Source: a virus. From it: DNA of 64,000 nucleotides. The notes below the pieces were generated by a model. It was given only the letters and a program-made list of their open reading frames with translations. It searched no databases and was not told where the DNA came from. Made by a program: the position numbers and the translations under genes. Below, piece after piece: positions 7,820 to 16,013 of the stretch. The stretch is taken from IMG/VR virus record IMGVR_UViG_3300011116_000416, positions 21,615 through 85,614 of that record. One strand, given 5' to 3'. Position 1 is the stretch's first letter; the number at the start of each line of letters is the position of its first letter.

Positions 7820-9261
7820 TCTGGTACAAATGTTGGTCTAGGAACATATGCTCCATCTGCCATCGGTCTATTCGTCACCTTCTTCGGCTTTCTTTTATCC
7901 TTTGCTGTTGGCTTAGGAATGTTTGCTAAATCTAATTTTGCTTGAGCCAATTGTGCCTCTAATTCATCTACACGATTAACGGCACTCTGAATACCAGCAA
8001 ATGTACTGGCATATTCTGCTTTTAGGTCTCTTAGATTTGCATCTTTAATAGCCTTATCATCACTTCTGAATTGCCATTCATTTTCTGCGTTATTCATTAT
8101 TGTCTCAAATTGTTCTAGTGTATTTCGTTTACTTGCAAGGTCTCCACTCAATGAAACATAAGTTAGCCATTTGCCATCATAAACATTTTCTGCAATGATG
8201 TATGTATTATATTTTTGTTCTTCTACAGCTACTGCAGCAACGAAAGCCGCTGTCTTCTGGTCTAGAACTACTTTCTTTGCAGGGTCTTTTACCCAAGTAG
8301 CAGCAGCATCTTGAGTAAAGAATGAAGTAGGAGCCACTGCCCATTGACCACCTTGTGGCTGATAGTTCAAAGTAGAACATGCACCGCCAGTCCACTCATA
8401 GAACCAAGCGTCAATAGTGTAAGATTTACCACCAGTAAAAGAGAATACACCAGTTGAGTTAGCCCCACAACCTTTCAACGACCAGTCATTAATAATTTGC
8501 TGACCATTAATTTTCATGTAAAAACCATCATCAGCAGGTGCCTGAAAATAAACTTTTGTTGTTGTTGGGTATGTAATGTATCCACGATAATTAAGCATAA
8601 TGTAGTCACCACCACAACCAAAAATACTTCCGCTACCCCAGTTAGCGTTAATGTTGCTTACCGTAACTGTTTTACACTTTGTATATACAACATCAGAACG
8701 ACTTGGTGGATTGCCATTTCTATTAATACCAACATAGATATCGACAACCAGTCCTGGCTGAGTACCCTGACCACCTTCATTAATAAGTTGTGTATCATAA
8801 TTGTTTTGAGCAATATTCATTTCTACTTCTGCATTATCTGCATTAGCCTGTGCAACAAGATAATCATTGTAAGTATTATCTACCACATCAGCGGCTGCAT
8901 TAACATCGACAATTGCTACAGATACTAATTGCTCTGCTTCCTGAACCTGTGCATACCAAGAGTCATAATCACCCTTTTTAGACAAATAATCTGATGAAGC
9001 AATGTCTAATGCTTCTTGTGCTTCTGTAGCCGCTGTCTGGGCTGAGTTAATCAATACCGCTTGGTCATTAGACGAATTTGTCCAGCTATCTAAATTTGCC
9101 TGAGCAGCATTAAGTTGATTTTGTAGGTCTGCAATCTTTGCTTGTGCATCTGCTACCTTGCGATTATAGTCATCTGTTGTGTCTGCATACGCTAAAGGTG
9201 TTGCAATCATAAACAAACAGGATAGGGCTAATCCTACTGTAAATTTAAAAATTTTTTTCAT
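7810..9261 (-). CDS. secreted coiled-coil protein with a PA14 domain
   Basis: Signal peptide ending LAYA-D; heptad regions flank a PA14-type core (NINANWG..YRGYI..ADDGFYMKING..WFYEWTGGA). Confidence 0.8.
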   Translation of the reverse strand: MKKIFKFTVGLALSCLFMIATPLAYADTTDDYNRKVADAQAKIADLQNQLNAAQANLDSWTNSSNDQAVLINSAQTAATEAQEALDIASSDYLSKKGDYDSWYAQVQEAEQLVSVAIVDVNAAADVVDNTYNDYLVAQANADNAEVEMNIAQNNYDTQLINEGGQGTQPGLVVDIYVGINRNGNPPSRSDVVYTKCKTVTVSNINANWGSGSIFGCGGDYIMLNYRGYITYPTTTKVYFQAPADDGFYMKINGQQIINDWSLKGCGANSTGVFSFTGGKSYTIDAWFYEWTGGACSTLNYQPQGGQWAVAPTSFFTQDAAATWVKDPAKKVVLDQKTAAFVAAVAVEEQKYNTYIIAENVYDGKWLTYVSLSGDLASKRNTLEQFETIMNNAENEWQFRSDDKAIKDANLRDLKAEYASTFAGIQSAVNRVDELEAQLAQAKLDLANIPKPTAKDKRKPKKVTNRPMADGAYVPRPTFVPDPK

Positions 9262-9306
9262 GGGGTTCTCCTAGTCAGAGGCATCTGACAAGACTATTAT
9301 ACCATT

Positions 9307-9471
9307 CTATTCGTAAGAAAGGTTATCGTTCTTTTTGCTTGGAGCCATTCGAGTTTGATTTTGATATCTATTTTGGCTCATTTTGTATTGACTGCGTAAC
9401 AGATTTCGTGGTCTTCGTAGATGCCAGTGCTGGCTTTTACGATGGTGAAATGGTGTCACGTTATTAGCCAT
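9307..9471 (-). CDS. small basic hypothetical protein (not in ORF track)
   Basis: 54 aa MANNVTPFHHRK...; GGAG SD and a TGATATAAT promoter upstream. Confidence 0.5.
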   Translation of the reverse strand: MANNVTPFHHRKSQHWHLRRPRNLLRSQYKMSQNRYQNQTRMAPSKKNDNLSYE

Positions 9472-9496
9472 GTTGCTCCATGACTTTATTATATCA

Positions 9497-11293
9497 TTAC
9501 ATTATATTAATGTTGAACTGTTTGAAATAGGCATCCAAGTCTTTTTGTTCTGGTCTATTTCTTTCAATGATTGAACGCTTATCCCATTCGTGCATATCTT
9601 CAACTTTTCTATCCCTAAAGGTATGTATTTCTACCATTTGATTTTGGTTTCTAGGTGTGTGAGATATTGCACCAAAAATTGCACCACAGACAGCATCTGC
9701 CAAGTCTTTTGATGATTTACGAGGGTGGTCAACACGATTACCCTTCATAATCTTAAGTTCTGTTAGTTCGTGAAATAGCAGTTCGATTGCTGGCATTACT
9801 AGACGCTCTTCATAAATAAGCATAGCCATATCTTCATAGTGCTTCTTTGCAACAGAAACAGTTTCGGTACGAATACCCACAGACTTTAGCTCATTCTGGA
9901 TATCAAATGACTGCCAGCGGTCAAAGCTTACCATACCGATATCAAAGCCCAGCCTACGCAGATTTTGAATCCATTGCTTCACTTCTGATAGGTTTACTGG
10001 ACCTTCAATGCGTGGCTCCCACCATACTACTGCATCTACTACTACGATAGGCATTACTTGTGAGTAGTCTTTAACTACCTGGACATTTACCCATTTTTCA
10101 ACGTGAGCAATAGCAACCGCACACTTGTCGTGCTTTTGTGCAAGGTCAGCATGGACAAAGTATTTCTTTTCTGGGTCAGGCTTAAAGGATTCTATAAAAC
10201 TCTTGTTTGTGTCAATTGGATTTACGACAGTCATACAGGCACGAACCTTGTCCTGTTGCTTGAAAAATGCGTCAGACATGTATGTTGGAATACAGGCAAA
10301 ACGCTGCATAGCATCGCCAAGGTCTGTATAAAAGGCTAGTTTAAAATCATCGATTTTACGAGTAGGATTGACCACCCATGTTGGTCTTTTAATGGCAAAC
10401 ATTCCTGGAAACTTGTAGGATAGAATATTGTCTTCTTCCCACTCAATCTCAAGGCTGTTGCCCTCAGCATCTTCGGGTAGGTCTGGATTCATAATAAACT
10501 TATGTTTCTTTACTATGACTTCTTTGTCTGCAATTACCTCGTCATATCTAGTCGAAATAAAGTCTCCAGGGTATCTAGGAAAGGATAGTAGGGCAACTTT
10601 GCCTAAATCTGGAAAACGGCTGTCTACGGAGGCACGGAAGGCTTTATAGATGTTGTCTGCGGTCTTTCCCTGCTCGTTTCCTGTGCCCACCTCTTGTGCA
10701 AAACCAGAAATCTCGTCCAGTACTGCCAAGATAAGGTTAAGACCCTCGTGAGACTCACGTTCTGAGTGACCAGAATAAACAGTAATAGCTTTATTAAACT
10801 CAATGCTGTCTACCTTGGCATAGTATTTACCAGCAAACCATGGGGACTTTTCTACCTTAGTTTTAAAGCCTTTAAAAAACACGTTCTTAGCCTGTTGTGC
10901 GTTAATAGCGATGTTAATAATATCGATGGCATCTCCAGATGGTTTGCCAAAATAGCGAGCAGGGTCTTTCAAACAAAGGAGTTTATAGACCACATAGCAA
11001 CAAGCCACAGTAGATACAAAGTCTTTACCAGAACCCTTACCAAGCTGTAGGATAACCTCATTCTTTGTGTATTTTGCATAATGCTTGCGACCAGCATCAT
11101 CACCCATTACCTCAATTAATTCTTCCAGTTTATAGATTTGGCTCATAGCCTCTACAATGTCATACTGAATATCTGATAGCCCTGGCTGACCCAAAAAGTC
11201 TTCGCCTTCAACAAATGTCTTTACGTCTACTGGCTTTTCTTCGAATACGTTACTCTTAAGTACCTCAATGAAATCATTGAACATCATGGACAA
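9497..11293 (-). CDS. terL: terminase large subunit
   Basis: Walker A GKGSGKD, Walker B AVLDE, nuclease HADLA...D and KDLADA motifs. Confidence 0.9.
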   Translation of the reverse strand: MSMMFNDFIEVLKSNVFEEKPVDVKTFVEGEDFLGQPGLSDIQYDIVEAMSQIYKLEELIEVMGDDAGRKHYAKYTKNEVILQLGKGSGKDFVSTVACCYVVYKLLCLKDPARYFGKPSGDAIDIINIAINAQQAKNVFFKGFKTKVEKSPWFAGKYYAKVDSIEFNKAITVYSGHSERESHEGLNLILAVLDEISGFAQEVGTGNEQGKTADNIYKAFRASVDSRFPDLGKVALLSFPRYPGDFISTRYDEVIADKEVIVKKHKFIMNPDLPEDAEGNSLEIEWEEDNILSYKFPGMFAIKRPTWVVNPTRKIDDFKLAFYTDLGDAMQRFACIPTYMSDAFFKQQDKVRACMTVVNPIDTNKSFIESFKPDPEKKYFVHADLAQKHDKCAVAIAHVEKWVNVQVVKDYSQVMPIVVVDAVVWWEPRIEGPVNLSEVKQWIQNLRRLGFDIGMVSFDRWQSFDIQNELKSVGIRTETVSVAKKHYEDMAMLIYEERLVMPAIELLFHELTELKIMKGNRVDHPRKSSKDLADAVCGAIFGAISHTPRNQNQMVEIHTFRDRKVEDMHEWDKRSIIERNRPEQKDLDAYFKQFNINIM

Positions 11294-11810
11294 TTGTAAT
11301 TACCTCTTGTTCTTTTGATACCGCAGAAAGTCTACGCATAATCTCGTCTCGAATCTCTGGATACTCTGAAGCAACATCTCTTAAAATACCAACAAGAATA
11401 TCTTGCTTGCGTTCAATCTCTACCATCTCTTCTGCAAGTTCTTTATTTTCTAGCAAGCCAGCCTTTTGTAGCATATCAATACGCTTACTTTCAATATCTA
11501 AAACAAGTTTGATTGCACCAGTCTTAGCACCAAGATTTCCATTGGTCGTGGCATCGTCAATAACTTCGTATGCCTTGTTAATAAGTTTATTAAAGTGTGC
11601 GTCAGCACCTGCAAGAGCTTCTTTAGCTCTAGCACGAATAATAGAATTGTCTGCTGCAAGCTGCTTCCACTGATTGATATGAGAAACAACTTTATTTCTT
11701 GATAGCGAAAGTTCTTTAGAAATCTGAGTAGGCTCAACACCCTGGAGATACTTCTCCACAACTTTGTTCATCTCGTCAAGATGTTCAACCGTTAGGTCTT
11801 CAATCGACAT
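11274..11810 (-). CDS. probable terminase small subunit (HTH plus helical domain)
   Basis: N-terminal HTH (PTQISKELSLSRNKV); immediately upstream of terL. Confidence 0.6.
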   Translation of the reverse strand: MSIEDLTVEHLDEMNKVVEKYLQGVEPTQISKELSLSRNKVVSHINQWKQLAADNSIIRARAKEALAGADAHFNKLINKAYEVIDDATTNGNLGAKTGAIKLVLDIESKRIDMLQKAGLLENKELAEEMVEIERKQDILVGILRDVASEYPEIRDEIMRRLSAVSKEQEVITIVHDVQ

Positions 11811-12087
11811 TCTTTTTCCTTCTTCCACGCTTTGTTGGAATTCTCTTTATCCTGTTTGGATAAAATGAACGCCAAGATGAAGGCTTACCCTTATCCAACT
11901 CAAAGCAATCTATCCAAGAAACGCCTGTTTCGGTATTGGTCACAAGGCTATCAAATTGGAACTTTAAGCCATGTTCTCCATCTATTTTAATGATATCACC
12001 TTTGGAGATAGTAAAGTTGCCAAATTGCAACTGGTACTCTCTGCTAAACTTTGTGGTTTGTGGCTTGCTTGCCTTTACTTTTTTCAT
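11800..12087 (-). CDS. hypothetical SH3-like protein
   Basis: KGDIIKI.GE.G..F.F..V.N....WIDC...RSF motif. Confidence 0.6.
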   Translation of the reverse strand: MKKVKASKPQTTKFSREYQLQFGNFTISKGDIIKIDGEHGLKFQFDSLVTNTETGVSWIDCFELDKGKPSSWRSFYPNRIKRIPTKRGRRKKNVD

Positions 12088-12239
12088 CTCTTAGACTTCC
12101 TTAATCCAAACTTGGCTAGATATACATAGATTGTTTCTACGCTGGCTCCGCATTCTTTAGCGATTTCCTCTGCACTCTTCTTGTCTATCCAATAACGTTT
12201 GCGTAGCCATGCTTCATTAGTGTAAAACTTATTTGCCAT
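12084..12239 (-). CDS. small HTH DNA-binding protein
   Basis: WLRKRY...KSAEEIAKECGASVETIYVYL.KFGL; start by TAATG overlap. Confidence 0.75.
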   Translation of the reverse strand: MANKFYTNEAWLRKRYWIDKKSAEEIAKECGASVETIYVYLAKFGLRKSKR

Positions 12240-12805
12240 TAGTACCCTCCAAATGCCTTGGTCCAGTTGTGAATAGCCCAATGCCCAATGGCACAGGCAT
12301 CGGCAACATCATCATCTACCAAGTGTTTATCATAGTTTATATTAACAAAGTTTATTGTTCTTTGCTTGCGAATATTTCGTTCCTCATTTTTAAGCCAGGA
12401 GTTCGACTTCTTAGGGTTGTCTTTCATAATCTGAAGTTTTTCTTCCTTAGTTAGTTTCTTGTTGCCAATAAAGTTTTGCCAAGTTATTGGGGATACAGAG
12501 CCTATGTGCTTTACCCCAGACATAGATGCAGCCCCAAGAAGTGCTCCCTGGACCATAGCCAATTGTGCAGCAGTCTTTGGACTGTTCATAAATACTGTAT
12601 GTTCTATTACAATTGTGTCAAAGTCAAAGTTGTCAAAGAACTGTTTTGTTTTCTTGGCTGCATCCATAACTTTTTCATATGTGCTTGCACCCTCAAACTT
12701 AATCTTGCCACAAGCAGTTATCTTACCATTGTCAAATATTGCAAAGGCTAGGCTGTTAGTGCTAGCATCAATAGCACAGAATTTTTTAGAGTTCAATTTT
12801 ACCAT
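12239..12805 (-). CDS. RuvC-like Holliday junction resolvase
   Basis: AIDAST, IVIE and DDDVADACAI catalytic motifs. Confidence 0.85.
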   Translation of the reverse strand: MVKLNSKKFCAIDASTNSLAFAIFDNGKITACGKIKFEGASTYEKVMDAAKKTKQFFDNFDFDTIVIEHTVFMNSPKTAAQLAMVQGALLGAASMSGVKHIGSVSPITWQNFIGNKKLTKEEKLQIMKDNPKKSNSWLKNEERNIRKQRTINFVNINYDKHLVDDDVADACAIGHWAIHNWTKAFGGY

Positions 12806-13082
12806 TTACAATACCTCTAATTTCTTTAAGAGCATTTTTGACTTCATCTGGAACTACCTCACAAGACTGACAAACAGTTTCTTCTGTATAGATAGACAAT
12901 TGCTTGCCACAGTTTTTGCAAAGTCTAACCTTGCCAATACGCTTCTTAATCTTATTCTTTAAATATTTTTCTGCAATTTTTTGTTTTGTTGCTTGCTCCC
13001 TGCATTCAGCAGAGCAGTATATCTGATAAGATAATGTAGTTTCAAACTGATGGTCGCACCAGCTACAGTGTTTGGTTTTCAT
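12786..13082 (-). CDS. zinc-finger hypothetical protein
   Basis: C..C, YCSAEC, C..C, C..C. Confidence 0.7.
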   Translation of the reverse strand: MKTKHCSWCDHQFETTLSYQIYCSAECREQATKQKIAEKYLKNKIKKRIGKVRLCKNCGKQLSIYTEETVCQSCEVVPDEVKNALKEIRGIVNGKIEL

Positions 13083-13881
13083 CTAACGGCTCCAGAGAAT
13101 TTAGTTTTATCTCTCCAGAACCAGCAGACTCACAGGCTTCCTTAATTGGACATACCTTGCAAATCTTTGAATTAGAACGATAGTTCTTCGTAGGCAAGGT
13201 TTTGTCTTCCCATGCTTTACGAACCTGTCGCATCCATTCAAATGTGTTCTCTACCCACTCATACATGTACTGATTTAGTTCAACAGGGAACACCAACAAT
13301 TCGTGGTTATTCTTGTTTTCATAAATTAGTACAGCTTTGCTCTTGTTCAAAATCTTCATATAGATAAGCAACTGAACTAGGTGTCCAGTTTTTGGCTTGC
13401 CAGCAGCTTTTCTATACTCAAAGCCCTCGTGAGGCATTGTCTTGATTTCTCCAAGTAACTCTTTTTCATCCCAGTTTAGAATAACGTCACCAAATCCGAA
13501 GATTGGTGGGTCATTATATGTCACCTTAAATTCAGAATCAACTAGAAGTCCTGGTACGTTTGCCATTGCTTCCTGTATTCTTTCATGTGACTTAGTTCCA
13601 GCTGTCATATTTGCAGCACCATAGGCATCAGCATTGTCTGTAAATACCGCACCCTCAAACGCAAGATACCAGTATCTAGGACACTCACCAAACGCATAAG
13701 CGATTGTGCTAGGTGCAAACGACTTCTTCTGCTGGAACTTGTCTACACGATTAACTGTGTATCCAGAATTAATTTTTGCAATCAGTTCTTCTTTGTTCAA
13801 GAAAGATGGTTTTGATTCTGGATTAGATTCTACTTTCTTAAGCATAACCTGATTTAATAAGTTTTTAGCCATAGTAGCCAC
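13063..13881 (-). CDS. Cas4-like PD-(D/E)xK exonuclease
   Basis: ECPR..Y, GT..HE, G..D..., EIKT, QL..Y and C-terminal C..C.....C. Confidence 0.85.
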   Translation of the reverse strand: MATMAKNLLNQVMLKKVESNPESKPSFLNKEELIAKINSGYTVNRVDKFQQKKSFAPSTIAYAFGECPRYWYLAFEGAVFTDNADAYGAANMTAGTKSHERIQEAMANVPGLLVDSEFKVTYNDPPIFGFGDVILNWDEKELLGEIKTMPHEGFEYRKAAGKPKTGHLVQLLIYMKILNKSKAVLIYENKNNHELLVFPVELNQYMYEWVENTFEWMRQVRKAWEDKTLPTKNYRSNSKICKVCPIKEACESAGSGEIKLNSLEPLDENQTL

Positions 13882-14195
13882 TAGCGAGTAATATATTTAA
13901 GTGCTGATACCAAGTCATTAATTGCCTCGGCAGCAGTGAAGTAAATATTCTTCTTCGCTCTATCTCCTTTTTCTACATTGACCATCCAAGTGGCTTTAAG
14001 CGACATCTTTGCAGCAATTGCTTGCAAGCGTACTATTTCTATTGTTGCAACGTTTAGTGGAATATCTGGCTTTAGAATTACCTTTGCTACAAAGGTTAAT
14101 GCTGTGGTAAGCTCTTCGTCATTCATAAAGTCAGCAATCTCTGAAAGACCGTTGACCATCTCTAAAGTTGTTTTATTCTGCTCTGTGTTTTCCAT
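13881..14195 (-). CDS. hypothetical protein
   Basis: 104 aa helical ORF ending LVSALKY. Confidence 0.7.
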   Translation of the reverse strand: MENTEQNKTTLEMVNGLSEIADFMNDEELTTALTFVAKVILKPDIPLNVATIEIVRLQAIAAKMSLKATWMVNVEKGDRAKKNIYFTAAEAINDLVSALKYITR

Positions 14196-14221
14196 TTTGT
14201 TTCCTTAATGTTATAATTCTA

Positions 14222-14509
14222 TTATACACTATCATCAAGGATTTGTTCAAGTAGCGATAATTCAATGACTGCCAATCTTGTTTTACTATTACCCTCGCCA
14301 ATAACAACCACAATTGCAGGGTCATTATTGTTTCTTATGGCATCAGTAACAGCCTTAGCCCAAACATCCTTATTTAGAGTAAAAGACTTGCCAACCTCTT
14401 TAAAGTCTACGGTAAAGTTCTCCCAAGACGCATCGCCTTTCTTGATGCCCCTACCAGAGTTTTTGTGCTGTTTAGCACCCAAACGCTTGCTTTCGCCTCT
14501 TTCACTCAT
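14222..14509 (-). CDS. small PD-(D/E)xK nuclease (Hjc-like resolvase)
   Basis: E......NSGRG..KGD.....VDFKE motif. Confidence 0.7.
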   Translation of the reverse strand: MSERGESKRLGAKQHKNSGRGIKKGDASWENFTVDFKEVGKSFTLNKDVWAKAVTDAIRNNNDPAIVVVIGEGNSKTRLAVIELSLLEQILDDSV

Positions 14510-14672
14510 AGTCTTTTTTGCTTTTCTTTGTTTCTAGGCTAACTTCGCTTAGGTGCTTTTCTGGACACATCCAGGTAATCAGCTTCTCTTTTGGATAAAG
14601 TCTGACGGTCTTAACCTCAGTCTTACAGGTGTGGCAAGGAAAGGTGCCTGTATAGATGCTATACTTGCCCAT
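14502..14672 (-). CDS. small zinc-binding protein (not in ORF track)
   Basis: Own translation: MGKYSIYTGTFPCHTCK...WMCPEKHLS... (56 aa); fills the gap between recA and the resolvase. Confidence 0.7.
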   Translation of the reverse strand: MGKYSIYTGTFPCHTCKTEVKTVRLYPKEKLITWMCPEKHLSEVSLETKKSKKDYE

Positions 14673-15669
14673 TTACCTTAGCCTTAATTTCATCCTGTAG
14701 GTCTAGGTCCTCTCGTACTCTTGCTACGAACTTATCTCTACCCTGCAGTTTAGTGCCATCTGGTAGGATATACCAAGCACCTGTACGCTCTACAATACCC
14801 ATCATCTCGGCAGTATCAACCAAATCACCAATGCTGTCAATGCCAACATCACCTCGGAAATAAAAATCGTACTCTCCAGATTGGAAGGCTGGCGATGTCT
14901 TGGAGAACTGGACTTCCCAACGAACTTTCCTACCAATCTTTTCCTCAATGAGTTTATCGCCAACTGCAATCTTGCCTTTAATTGCTTGATTTTCTGATTC
15001 GGAACTGAATAACTTGATAATCGTAGATGAATAAAATTTAGTAGCCTGACCACCAGAAGGCTGTTGACTAGTATACATAGCAGAAATATTGTTACGAGAT
15101 TGCGAAATAAGTACCAAAAGGGTTGGCTTAACTTTGTTATTAGCGTAATTAAGCATCTTCCAAGCATTGCTAAAATCTCTAGACTCCGCACCAATCTGCT
15201 TAGTGTTCTCCAACTGTTTAAGTTCATCTGAATCCTTTTCAAAATAAATTGCTGGTAGTAGTGATGTAATTGAATCAACCACAATCAAATCTACGCCAGC
15301 TGTCATTAGGTTTGTGCCAACATCAACCATCTCGTTGATTGTTCTGGCTTGTGATACGATTAGGTTTGCCGTATCCACTCCAAGAGCCTTAGCCCATTCT
15401 TCTGAGTACGACATCTCTGCATCAATCCAAGCACACAGTTTGCCTTCCTGTTGTGCTAGTGCAATCATCTGTAGACATAGTGAAGACTTAGCGGATGACT
15501 TGCTACCCCAGATAAGTACCTGGCGACCATATGGCAAACCACCATTGAGTGCACGGTTTAGTCCAAAGCTAGGCGTAGCCTGATACTCAGTCTTAAAACC
15601 AACACCAGTAGTAAGGTTCTTGCGAATGCGTGGGTCTAATTGTGCCAAAGCTTCTTCGATAGTTGTCAT
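14659..15669 (-). CDS. recA: RecA/UvsX-like recombinase
   Basis: LNGGLPYGR, P-loop GSKSSAKS, WIDAE, VVDSI, SGG.A.KFYSS. Confidence 0.93.
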   Translation of the reverse strand: MTTIEEALAQLDPRIRKNLTTGVGFKTEYQATPSFGLNRALNGGLPYGRQVLIWGSKSSAKSSLCLQMIALAQQEGKLCAWIDAEMSYSEEWAKALGVDTANLIVSQARTINEMVDVGTNLMTAGVDLIVVDSITSLLPAIYFEKDSDELKQLENTKQIGAESRDFSNAWKMLNYANNKVKPTLLVLISQSRNNISAMYTSQQPSGGQATKFYSSTIIKLFSSESENQAIKGKIAVGDKLIEEKIGRKVRWEVQFSKTSPAFQSGEYDFYFRGDVGIDSIGDLVDTAEMMGIVERTGAWYILPDGTKLQGRDKFVARVREDLDLQDEIKAKVNGQV

Positions 15670-16013
15670 TAGAAACGTACCCCATGCTTTTCTGGACGTG
15701 TCTTGTTGAATCCAGTCTTCTTGTCAAGTGCATAGTCTAAAGAAATATTTGTGTAACCCTGCTCTACCAAACCTGCATATAGGTCAAGTGTGCGGATAAG
15801 TATGTCTGCAAATTCTGCAGCAATCTCTTCTTCGCCTTTGTCTTTGCGGATTGCTTCCATAACCTCGGTTACTTCAGAAACAATCATCATTAGTTGTTTA
15901 GTTACAAAGATATCTACCTGCTCTGCAGAAGCATCATCAATAACTTTCCAGAAACCTTTTTTAACTGCGGTTTCATGCAGTTCCATTGCTAGTTCATCAA
16001 ACATTGAATACAT
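15669..16013 (-). CDS. MazG-like NTP pyrophosphohydrolase
   Basis: SEVTEVMEA.RK...EFADILIRTLD; N..RP.KHG tail. Confidence 0.85.
   Translation of the reverse strand: MYSMFDELAMELHETAVKKGFWKVIDDASAEQVDIFVTKQLMMIVSEVTEVMEAIRKDKGEEEIAAEFADILIRTLDLYAGLVEQGYTNISLDYALDKKTGFNKTRPEKHGVRF

Noticed and set aside
13063-13881. Cas4-like gene as evidence of a CRISPR-Cas system
   Set aside because: No repeat-spacer array or other cas genes were seen. Solo Cas4-like nucleases are routine in phage recombination modules.
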